Positions 19,360-26,543 of a stretch of DNA of 35,497 nucleotides are shown here, piece after piece (within the stretch, counting starts at the first letter, position 1; the number at the start of each line of letters is the position of its first letter). A program made the position numbers and the translations under genes. This DNA comes from Candidatus Aminicenantes bacterium. GTDB lineage: Bacteria > Acidobacteriota > Aminicenantia > Aminicenantales > Saccharicenantaceae. The stretch spans positions 1 through 35,497 of the forward strand of contig JBFYNT010000309.1 of assembly GCA_041304225.1 (NCBI GenBank). Reading direction: 5' to 3'. The notes under the pieces were generated by a model, which had not been told where the DNA came from, ran no database searches, and worked only from the letters and a program-made list of their open reading frames with translations.

Positions 19360-20517
19360 TCAGAGCTTGGGGAGGTGCGAGGCGGTCTTCTCGAAGTAGT
19401 TCTTGTCGTCGAGCTTGTCCACGGGGAGCCCGGCGTCGGGGACGATCCCTTCGTCCCAGAGCTTGCGCCCCGAAGGCAACGCGTAGATGCCGGAGGTCAG
19501 GAGGACCGCGCTGTCGTCCTTCATCGGGAAGAGCGTCGTCCGCCCGGCCAGGCCGGACGTCGCGAAGCCGACCACCTTGGCCTTGCGCAGCTCCTGGAGC
19601 AGGCCGGCGACTAGCTCGGCTGGCCCGGCCGTCCCGGCGTCGGTCCAGACGACGAGCGGCAACGTGGCGAGGGCGGCCTCGCCGGGGCAGGAGAGGGCCG
19701 TCTTCTCGCCCCCCCGGCCCTCGAAGCGCCCGGCATCCGGGGCTTTGACGAACAGGTTGGCGAGCGCGAGGGCCTCTTCGAACCCGCCCTCCTGGCAGCT
19801 CCGGAGGTCGAGGACGAGGCCGGTCTTCCCGCCTTTGAGGGCGGGGACGACGGTCTTGCGAAGCTCGGGGACGAGCGAGGCGTCGATGCGGCGGACGCTG
19901 AGGACCGGGGGCCGGCCCGCCGCCCGGACGAAGGTATAGGCCGCCGGGAAAAGGAGGGCCCGCGGCACGTCGAGGTCGAGGGTCTCGTTGGCGCGCAGCA
20001 CGCGGAGCCGGACGGGCTTCTCGTCCCGGCCGCGGAGCAGGATCTTGACCTCGGCCAGGCTCATGCTCAGCGTGTTCCGGCCCTCGATGGCGCTCAAGAG
20101 ATCGCCCATCCGGATCCCGGCCGCCTCGGCGGGGGACTTGGGGACGACGGCCACGACCTGGGGGAAGGCGGCGTAGCGCTTCAGGACGACCGCTCCCGGC
20201 TCTGTCTCGAGGCCGTCGCGGGCTTGGTATCCCGCGAGCAGGTCCTTGGAGAGGTAGGCGGACAGCGGGTCGAGGGAATTGACCAAGCCGCGGTAGGTCC
20301 CCTCGGCCGTCTGGAGCGGATCACGTTCCTCGAGATAATCCCGGCGGATGTGGCTCATCAGGGAGTCGAGGAGCTCGAAGCCCTTGGACACCTGGGCCCC
20401 CGGCTTGCCCCGCAGGAAATCCATCTGGATGACGAAGAACAGGGCCGCGGCCAGGAAGGCCGCCCAGAGGATCCAGCGGTATCTCGGGACCTTTTTCATG
20501 GCGGAACGGACATCCAT
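19360..20517 (-). CDS. S41 (C-terminal processing peptidase, CtpA-like) family protein with PDZ domain; catalytic dyad positions substituted
   Basis: It has a PDZ domain (SPAEAAGIRMGDLLSAIEG) and an S41 core (LVLDLRSCQEGG; LPLVVWTDAGTAGPAELVAGLLQE; KVVGFATSGLAGRTT; LLTSGIYALPSG). GTAGPAE replaces the GSASASE-type Ser motif, and SGLAG replaces FGKG. The alternative start is MKK at 20499. Confidence 0.8.
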   Translation of the reverse strand: MDVRSAMKKVPRYRWILWAAFLAAALFFVIQMDFLRGKPGAQVSKGFELLDSLMSHIRRDYLEERDPLQTAEGTYRGLVNSLDPLSAYLSKDLLAGYQARDGLETEPGAVVLKRYAAFPQVVAVVPKSPAEAAGIRMGDLLSAIEGRNTLSMSLAEVKILLRGRDEKPVRLRVLRANETLDLDVPRALLFPAAYTFVRAAGRPPVLSVRRIDASLVPELRKTVVPALKGGKTGLVLDLRSCQEGGFEEALALANLFVKAPDAGRFEGRGGEKTALSCPGEAALATLPLVVWTDAGTAGPAELVAGLLQELRKAKVVGFATSGLAGRTTLFPMKDDSAVLLTSGIYALPSGRKLWDEGIVPDAGLPVDKLDDKNYFEKTASHLPKL

Positions 20518-20521
20518 TCTA

Positions 20522-21748
20522 TCACCTCCGATTCAGCCATTGCAAGGGATCGAGGGCCTTGGTCTTGTAGCGGACCTCGAAATAGAGGCACTCGCCCTTG
20601 AGGGAGCCGCTGTCCCCGACCACGGCCACGGGCTGGCCGGTCCGGACCATGTCGCCGACCGCGGCCAGGAACTCCGAGCAGTGCCCGTAGAGGGTGTAGT
20701 AGGTCATGCCGTGGTCGACGATGAGCAGGTTCCCGTAGCCCTGGAAATAGTCCGCGTAGACGACCTTGCCCGCGTGGACGGCCAGGATGAGCGACCGGCC
20801 CTTGGCCGGAGCGATCTCGACGCCCTTGTTCATGACCACGGTGTTGAAGTCCGGGTGCTTCTCGAAGCCGAACGGCGTGACGATCCGCCCCTCGATCGGC
20901 CAGGCCAGCCGGCCCCGCCGCTCATAGAGGGGGACGAAGGCGGCCGGCAGCACCCACTCCTGGGCGATGATCTTATTCATCAGCTTCTGGAGCTCTTCGG
21001 CGCTCTCGGCCAGCTCGGCCAGGGTCCGCTTATAGGTCTCCCGGTTCTTGCGGATATCCTGGACCAGGGTGGCGTTCTTGCGGGCCTCGGTCTCGAGCTC
21101 CTGGCGCTTGAGGCCCGCGGCCCGGGCCATCTCGGCCAGGTCCCGCTGCTTGCTCTCGAGCGCGGACTGGGCCGCGCGCAGCTCGTCGAGCGAGGCCAGA
21201 TAGCCCGCGACGATCTCGTCCTGGCTGCGGGCGAGCAGGGCCAGGTGCTTGCTCTCGGAGGCGTAGGTCTCGATGTCCCGGGCCTGGAGCAAGAACTGGA
21301 AGAAGTCGAAGCGGCCGAACTTGTAGAGCGTGACCAGGGTCCTCTCCATCGATTCGCGCTCCCGTTCGATGCCGGCCCGGAGCCCCTTGAGGTTCGCCTG
21401 GATCGCGGCCAGCTCGGACCGGCCGCGCTCGAGCTCGACGTTCTGGGCGGCCAGCTCCCTCTCGACCAGGTTCCTGGTGAGGTTGATGCGGGCCAGCGAG
21501 GAGAGGACCGACGATTCCCTCCGGGCTTCCGTCTCGAGCCGCGTCCGGAGGTCCTTGATCTGCCCGTTGATGCGGGAGAGGCGCTGCTCGAATTCGGCGA
21601 CGTTCTTGTCCTGGGGCTCGGCCATGGAAGCGGGGGCGGACTGTCCGGCGGCCAGGCCGGGGAGGCGGAGGAACGCCGCGGGACCGGCCAGGGCCAGGAG
21701 GAGGACGACGGCGCCCGGGGCGGGAAGGCGCGAGGCCAATCTTCGCAT
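20522..21748 (-). CDS. EnvC-like murein hydrolase activator (coiled coil plus degenerate LytM/M23 domain)
   Basis: A signal peptide is followed by a long coiled coil (LETEARRESS...ELERGRSELAAIQANLK...). The C-terminal M23 domain has NKGVE in place of HxxxD and CLYFEVR in place of HLHFE. Confidence 0.85.
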   Translation of the reverse strand: MRRLASRLPAPGAVVLLLALAGPAAFLRLPGLAAGQSAPASMAEPQDKNVAEFEQRLSRINGQIKDLRTRLETEARRESSVLSSLARINLTRNLVERELAAQNVELERGRSELAAIQANLKGLRAGIERERESMERTLVTLYKFGRFDFFQFLLQARDIETYASESKHLALLARSQDEIVAGYLASLDELRAAQSALESKQRDLAEMARAAGLKRQELETEARKNATLVQDIRKNRETYKRTLAELAESAEELQKLMNKIIAQEWVLPAAFVPLYERRGRLAWPIEGRIVTPFGFEKHPDFNTVVMNKGVEIAPAKGRSLILAVHAGKVVYADYFQGYGNLLIVDHGMTYYTLYGHCSEFLAAVGDMVRTGQPVAVVGDSGSLKGECLYFEVRYKTKALDPLQWLNRR

Positions 21749-21755
21749 CGCCTAT

Positions 21756-21764
21756 TTTATAGCA
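21756..21764 (-). promoter_or_regulatory. Extended -10 promoter placed for a leaderless envC-like transcript
   Basis: On the minus strand: TGcTATAAA (21764-21756). Only 7 nt (ATAGGCG) lie before the ATG at 21748. Confidence 0.4.
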
Positions 21765-21802
21765 CAGATCGGCCTTTCCGATTAGCCGGCGGATAGGTTC
21801 GA

Positions 21803-21811
21803 TGATAGAAT
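21803..21811 (+). promoter_or_regulatory. Extended -10 promoter placed for a leaderless anSME transcript
   Basis: TGaTAGAAT (21803-21811). Only 7 nt (CGGGCCG) lie before the ATG at 21819, and there is no SD. Confidence 0.4.
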
Positions 21812-21818
21812 CGGGCCG

Positions 21819-22970
21819 ATGACGGCCGTGTCGCGGAGCTTCCAGGTCTTCCTCAAGCCGGCGGGAGCGGCCTGCAACCTGGCCTGCCGTTACTGCTATT
21901 ACCTGGGCCAGGGGCCGTCGGGGGAGGCCACGGGCGTTCCCGACCGCATGCCCGAAGACCTCATCGAATCCTATATCGCCCAGCACTTCGCCGCCTCGCC
22001 CGACGAGGTCGTCCGTTTCGCGTGGCACGGCGGCGAGCCGACGCTCCTCGGCGTCGACTATTTCCGCAAGGTTGTCGCGATCGAGCGCCGGCTCCTCCCG
22101 CCGGGGCGCTCGGTCGCCAACGGCCTGCAGACGAACGGGACCCTCCTGGACGACGAGTGGGGACGCTTTCTGGCGGCCGAAGGGTTCTCCGTCGGGCTCA
22201 GCCTCGACGGCCCGCGCCAGGTCCACGACCGCTTTCGCCGGGCCCGCGACGGCCGGCCGGCCTTCGACGAGGCGATGCGGGGCTACGGCGTCCTGCGCCG
22301 GCACGGCGTCCCGACCGACGTCCTCTGCGTCGTCGGCGCGCACAACGCCGCCCGGCCCCTGGAGGTCTACGGGTTCTTCCGGGAGATCGGCGCCGCGTTC
22401 GTGACCTTCCTGCCGCTCGTCGAGCGCCGGCCCGGCGCGTCCGGCGGCGCCAGCGCCGATTCCGTATCGCCCGAAGCCTGGGGCGAGTTCCTCTGCGCCG
22501 TCTTCGACGAGTGGGTGGAGCGCGCCATCGGGCGCGTCAAGGTCCAGATCTTCGAGGAAGCGGCCCGCGCGGCCTTCGGCCAAGAGCACTCGCTCTGCCT
22601 CTTCCGGCCGGTCTGCGGCGACGTCCCCGTCCTCGAGCGCGACGGCGGCCTCTTCTCCTGCGATCACTACGTCGACGCGGCGCACCGCGTCGGGACGATC
22701 CTCGAAACCCCGCTCGCCGTCCTCCTCGAGAGCCCCGCCCAACGGGCCTTCGGACGGGCCAAGCTCGAGTGCCTACCGCACGTCTGCCGGACGTGCGAGG
22801 TCCTCGCCATGTGCAATGGGGAATGTCCGAAGAACCGCTTCGTTCCCGCGCCGGACGGGGGGCCCGATCTGAACTACCTCTGCGCGGGATATAAGAAGTT
22901 CTTCACCCACGCGCGTCCGTTCGTGGACGCCGTGGCCGCCGCCTGGCGCCGCGGGACCGCTAGCTCTTGA
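21819..22970 (+). CDS. Anaerobic sulfatase-maturating enzyme (radical SAM/SPASM, AtsB/ChuR family)
   Basis: CNLACRYCYY is the radical SAM cluster motif. GGEPTL is present, and the C-terminal SPASM cysteines are CLFRPVCGD...FSCDHY...CRTCEVLAMCNGECPKNR. Confidence 0.9.
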   Translation: MTAVSRSFQVFLKPAGAACNLACRYCYYLGQGPSGEATGVPDRMPEDLIESYIAQHFAASPDEVVRFAWHGGEPTLLGVDYFRKVVAIERRLLPPGRSVANGLQTNGTLLDDEWGRFLAAEGFSVGLSLDGPRQVHDRFRRARDGRPAFDEAMRGYGVLRRHGVPTDVLCVVGAHNAARPLEVYGFFREIGAAFVTFLPLVERRPGASGGASADSVSPEAWGEFLCAVFDEWVERAIGRVKVQIFEEAARAAFGQEHSLCLFRPVCGDVPVLERDGGLFSCDHYVDAAHRVGTILETPLAVLLESPAQRAFGRAKLECLPHVCRTCEVLAMCNGECPKNRFVPAPDGGPDLNYLCAGYKKFFTHARPFVDAVAAAWRRGTASS

Positions 22971-23817
22971 GCTTGTCCGCGAGGAACGCGACCGTCCGCT
23001 TCCAGGCCAGCTCGGCCGCCTCCTTGTGGTAGCGCTGTCCCGTGTCGTTCATGAAGGCGTGGCCCGCGCCCTCGTACATGTGGATGGCGTATTCGACACC
23101 GGCCTTCTTGAGCGCCTCCTCGAAGGCTGGGATGCCGGCGTTGATGCGCTCGTCGTCCCCGGCATAGTGAAGGAGCATGGCCGCCTTGATCTTCGCCACG
23201 TCCTCCGCCGCGGGCGGACTGCCGTAGAAGGGGACGGCCGCCGCGAGGCCGGGCGCGTGGACGGCCACCTGGTTCGTCACCGCCCCGCCCCAGCAGAAGC
23301 CCATGCAGGCGACCTTGCCCGTGGCCTGCGGCCCGGTCTTGAGGTAGGCCACGGCCGCGACGAAGTTCCTCGTGTTCGCCTCCCGGTCGAGCTTCTGGAA
23401 AAGGGGCCGGGCCTCGTCCGGGTTCGCCGGCGTCCCGCCGAGGGGCGACAGGGCGTCGGGCGCGACGGCGTGATAGCCTTCGAGGGCCACGCGCCGGGCC
23501 ACGTCCTCGGTGTGGGGATTGAGGCCCCGGTTCTCGTGGATGACGATGACCCCGGCGAGCTTCCCGCCGCCCTTGGGCTTGGCCGAGTAGGCCTTCATCG
23601 TCCCGCCCTCGATGGGATACTCGATGTATCCCGTCTCGAGCCGCGGATCGTCCTTGGCCACGAGCTGGGTGCGGGGCTCCGCGCCTTCGAGCGATGAGAG
23701 CGACACCACCGCGACGGCCGTCCCGCCGGCGAGCGCGGCGAGCTTCGACAGGAACTCGCGGCGGTCCATCCCGCCCCGGGCGTATTCGCCGTAAAGATCT
23801 TCGATCTCGGGTTTCAT
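22960..23817 (-). CDS. Tat-exported dienelactone hydrolase family protein
   Basis: The Tat-like signal is GGMDRREFLSKLAALAGGTAVAV. The DLH core includes VIVIHENRGLNPH and the nucleophile motif GFCWGG, plus a C-terminal HAF. Confidence 0.85.
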   Translation of the reverse strand: MKPEIEDLYGEYARGGMDRREFLSKLAALAGGTAVAVVSLSSLEGAEPRTQLVAKDDPRLETGYIEYPIEGGTMKAYSAKPKGGGKLAGVIVIHENRGLNPHTEDVARRVALEGYHAVAPDALSPLGGTPANPDEARPLFQKLDREANTRNFVAAVAYLKTGPQATGKVACMGFCWGGAVTNQVAVHAPGLAAAVPFYGSPPAAEDVAKIKAAMLLHYAGDDERINAGIPAFEEALKKAGVEYAIHMYEGAGHAFMNDTGQRYHKEAAELAWKRTVAFLADKLKS

Positions 23818-23940
23818 GGGCGACCTCCCTGATGACGGTAAGCCATCGTTCGCCCCAATCGTAGGCCACCGCCCGCCAGTGTGTCAATCCGGAAAAAGGG
23901 TATCCCCTAGACCGGCGATTTGGTCTATAGTAATACCGCC

Positions 23941-25299
23941 ATGGATCTCGCCCGGGGGAGGAGCGGTTTCGCCGGCGACGCCGAGGCCATCTGGCGCGCG
24001 GCCGTTGCGGCCGTCGACCCCTGGTCCCTCATCCGGGAGAGCGTCGGGCGCGAAGGCGACGTCGTCCGGATCAAGGGCCGCGAATTCGACCTGTCCGCCC
24101 GGGACCGCGTCTTCCTCGTCTCTTTCGGCAAGGCCGCCGCGGCCATGGGCGAAGCCCTGGCCGCCGTCCTCGACGACCGGCTGACCTCGGGCCTCGTGGT
24201 CGTGCCCGGGCCGGTCGGGCACGAAGGGTCCCGGCTCGAATATATCGAAGCCTCCCATCCCGTCCCGGACTCGCGGAGCGTCGAGGCCGCCCGGCGGGTG
24301 CTCGAGATCGCGACCGCGGCCGGCGAGCGCGACCTCCTTTTCGTCTGCATCTCCGGCGGCGGGTCGTCGCTCCTGACGCTCCCGGCCGAGGGGATCGCGC
24401 TCGACAAGAAGCGCCGCCTGGCCGACGACCTGATGCGCGCCGGGGCGACCATCCAGGAGCTCAACGCCGTCCGCAAGCATCTCTCGGCCATCAAGGGCGG
24501 GCGGCTGGCGCGGGCGGCCTTCCCGGCCGAAGTGGTCACCCTGGCCATCTCCGACGTCGTCGGGGACGACCTCGGCACCATCGCCTCGGGCCCGACGCAC
24601 TGGGACGAGTCGACTTTCGCCGAAGCGCGGGCCATCCTCGAACGCTACGGCGTCTGGGACTCGGCCTCGGCCCTGGTCCGGGCCCGCATCGAGGAAGGAG
24701 AGCGCGGACTCGTCGAGGAGACCCTCAAGGAGGGCGACCCCGTCTTCAACCGCGTCCGCTCGTTCGTCGTGGGCGGCAACATGACCGCCCTCCGGGCCGC
24801 CAAGCACGAGGCCGAGAAGCGCGGCTTCGAGCCCATCTTCCTGTCGTCGGGCGACGGCGGAGAGGCCCGCAAGGCGGCCGCGAGCTACGCCGCCTTCCTG
24901 GCCGAGCTGGCCTGCTCCGCCTCGTCGCTGCCCCGCCCCCTCTGCCTCCTCGCCGGGGGCGAGCTCACGGTCACGGTCACCGGGCGGGGGAGAGGAGGCC
25001 GCAACACGGAGTTCGTGCTGGCCTCGCTCGTCGAGATGGAGCGGGCCGAGGTCGGCGGGCTCGACTGGCTCATCCTCAGCCTGGGCACGGACGGCATCGA
25101 CGGCCCGACCGACGCCGCCGGGGCCTGGGCCGACCGCTCGACCGCCGGACGGGCGCGGGCCCTCGGGCTCGATCCGGCCGCTTATCTCGAAGACAACGAT
25201 TCCTACGGCTTCTTCAAACAGACGGGGAACCTCATCGTCACCGGGCCGACCGGAACCAACGTGATGGACCTCCGGATCTTCCTGCTTCGCGCCGCCTGA
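23941..25299 (+). CDS. Glycerate 2-kinase / hydroxypyruvate reductase-like protein (DUF4147 + MOFRL)
   Basis: Matching segments are FGKAAAAMGEAL, ISGGGSSLL, LNAVRKHLSAIKGGRLA, LLAGGELTVTV.GRGRGGRNTEF, GTDGIDGPTDAAGA and TGPTGTNVMD. Confidence 0.85.
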   Translation: MDLARGRSGFAGDAEAIWRAAVAAVDPWSLIRESVGREGDVVRIKGREFDLSARDRVFLVSFGKAAAAMGEALAAVLDDRLTSGLVVVPGPVGHEGSRLEYIEASHPVPDSRSVEAARRVLEIATAAGERDLLFVCISGGGSSLLTLPAEGIALDKKRRLADDLMRAGATIQELNAVRKHLSAIKGGRLARAAFPAEVVTLAISDVVGDDLGTIASGPTHWDESTFAEARAILERYGVWDSASALVRARIEEGERGLVEETLKEGDPVFNRVRSFVVGGNMTALRAAKHEAEKRGFEPIFLSSGDGGEARKAAASYAAFLAELACSASSLPRPLCLLAGGELTVTVTGRGRGGRNTEFVLASLVEMERAEVGGLDWLILSLGTDGIDGPTDAAGAWADRSTAGRARALGLDPAAYLEDNDSYGFFKQTGNLIVTGPTGTNVMDLRIFLLRAA

Positions 25300-25310
25300 C
25301 CGGCGCGACC

Positions 25311-26141
25311 CTATTTGTAGACGCCGGCCGCGTCCCACTTCCCGATCGTCTCGAGGACGAGCCCGGCGACGCGGTCGTTGACCCTGCGGAAATAGTCCTT
25401 GGCCTGGGCGGCGTCGAAGGTCGGATAACCCTGGCCCTTCTCGTAGAGGAGGATCGTCGAGGAGACCGGGACCATATAGTAAGCCCCGGCCGGGGCGTTG
25501 GGCTCGGCCATCTCGGGCTTGTAGCGCTCGGGGTGGATGTAGGCGGGGAGGAACGCCTGCACGTAGGCCGTCTCGTTGTTGCCCGCGTGCCCGCCGTTCT
25601 GCTTGAACACGGCCTTGGTGATGTCGTCGGCCAGCGTCCACCAGTTGACGACCAGGACCCGGACGCGGCGGGCGTTGGCGACCTTGGTCGCGGCGGCGTT
25701 GAGGACGGCCGTATTGCCGCCGTGCCCGTTGAGGACGATGAGGTTCTTAAAGCCTTGCGCGGCCAGGTTGTCGAGGACCGATTCGGCGAACGGCGCGTAG
25801 GCCTCGGCCGGGATGGAGACGGCCCCCGGATAGGCCTTCATCGCCTCGGTCATCCCGTAGTTCAGGGTCGGCGCGATCAGGGCATCCACCCGGCCGGCGA
25901 TGTCGCGGGCCATGGCCTCGGGCGCGAGGCTGTCGGTGCCGTTGGGGATGACGCCGTGGGGCTCGAGCGAGCCGAAGGGGACGAGGACCGTCCGGACGCG
26001 CGCCGGCACCAGCTCGCCGAATTCCTGCCAGCAGAGCAGGGCCATCTCGCGCGTCGTCGGGGCTTTCGTCTGGGCCGCGGCCGGGGCGGCGGCCGCCGCC
26101 GCCAGGATCGCCGCCGTCAGGACCGTCAGGGCTTTTCTCAT
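25311..26141 (-). CDS. Creatininase (creatinine amidohydrolase) family protein with signal peptide
   Basis: Signal peptide MRKALTVLTAAILAAAAAAPAAAQ. Family motifs are VPFGSLEPHG and LNGHGGN. GGAGG lies upstream of the ATG. Confidence 0.85.
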   Translation of the reverse strand: MRKALTVLTAAILAAAAAAPAAAQTKAPTTREMALLCWQEFGELVPARVRTVLVPFGSLEPHGVIPNGTDSLAPEAMARDIAGRVDALIAPTLNYGMTEAMKAYPGAVSIPAEAYAPFAESVLDNLAAQGFKNLIVLNGHGGNTAVLNAAATKVANARRVRVLVVNWWTLADDITKAVFKQNGGHAGNNETAYVQAFLPAYIHPERYKPEMAEPNAPAGAYYMVPVSSTILLYEKGQGYPTFDAAQAKDYFRRVNDRVAGLVLETIGKWDAAGVYK

Positions 26142-26211
26142 GTCGTTCGCCTCCTCGCTCCCCCCATCTTACGACATCCGGCGCCCGTTTTAAAAAATCC
26201 GCCGGCGCCTC

Positions 26212-26239
26212 TTGATTTTTTCCGCGGGGGGACTATAAT
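26212..26239 (+). promoter_or_regulatory. Near-consensus sigma70 promoter P1 (tandem unit 1)
   Basis: TTGATT (26212-26217), a 16-nt spacer, then TATAAT (26234-26239). The context GGACTATAATG is identical to P2. Confidence 0.5.
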
Positions 26240-26245
26240 GACCCC

Positions 26246-26340
26246 AAGTTTTCTTGGGCCGGCTGGAGAAAACTTCAACCCCATGAAATACATCATTTTC
26301 CCCCTTATCTGCTGTTAAAAAAACAGCCGGCATTTTCCCC
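26246..26340 (+). ncRNA. Candidate small structured RNA, unit 1 (family unknown)
   Basis: It lies downstream of P1. A 9-bp hairpin pairs AAGTTTTCT (26246-54) with AGAAAACTT (26267-75). The 12-nt loop contains GCCGGCTG, which is complementary to CAGCCGGC (26324-31). That is followed by ATTTTCCCC. There is no conserved ORF. Confidence 0.3.
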
Positions 26341-26363
26341 GCGCGACGAAAAAAAATTACTCC

Positions 26364-26391
26364 TTGATTTTCCGGCCGGCCGGACTATAAT
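26364..26391 (+). promoter_or_regulatory. Near-consensus sigma70 promoter P2 (tandem unit 2)
   Basis: TTGATT (26364-26369), a 16-nt spacer, then TATAAT (26386-26391), exactly 152 bp downstream of P1. Confidence 0.5.
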
Positions 26392-26397
26392 GGCCTC

Positions 26398-26481
26398 GGC
26401 TCTCTTTCGCCGGCTGGAGAGGGCTCCCTCAATTATCCAATCATCACCCCCCTTTTGCTGACCTCAGCCGGCACTTTCCCC
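26398..26481 (+). ncRNA. Candidate small structured RNA, unit 2 (paralog of unit 1)
   Basis: A hairpin pairs CTCTC (26400-04) with GAGAG (26417-21). The 12-nt loop contains GCCGGCTG. The downstream complement is CAGCCGGC (26465-72), followed by ACTTTCCCCCC. Shared blocks with unit 1 are GCCGGCTGGAGA, ATCAT, CCCCCTT, TGCTG and CAGCCGGCA. Confidence 0.3.
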
Positions 26482-26505
26482 CCGCTTCTCCCGGCGGCGC
26501 GATTG

Positions 26506-26514
26506 TGCTATCAT
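26506..26514 (+). promoter_or_regulatory. Extended -10 promoter for the 154-aa orphan gene
   Basis: TGcTATCAT (26506-26514). GGAG (26534-37) lies 6 nt before the ATG at 26544. Confidence 0.4.
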
Positions 26515-26543
26515 ACGGGCAATTCCCGAGCGCGGAGTTCCCG

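Noticed and set aside
26238-26461. Small ORFs inside the tandem units: MTPSFLGPAGENFNPMKYIIFPLICC (26238-26318), MKYIIFPLICC, and MASALFRRLERAPSIIQSSPPFC (26390-26461). They were considered as Cys-terminated peptides or RiPP precursors.
   Set aside because: Their ATGs lie inside the -10 hexamers, so they would not be in the predicted transcripts. The conserved nucleotide blocks fall in different reading phases in the two units. The 11-aa ORF has no counterpart in unit 2, and no maturase is adjacent.
26205-26500. Tandem units considered as a CRISPR array, a type III TA antitoxin repeat array, or a TPP-type riboswitch (CUGGAGA resembles CUGAGA).
   Set aside because: There are only two copies with a 152-bp period and no short repeat/spacer organisation. 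The repeat size and internal promoters do not fit ToxI/CptI-type arrays. The other TPP-box elements (ACCUGAUC..., GCG.AGGGA) are absent.
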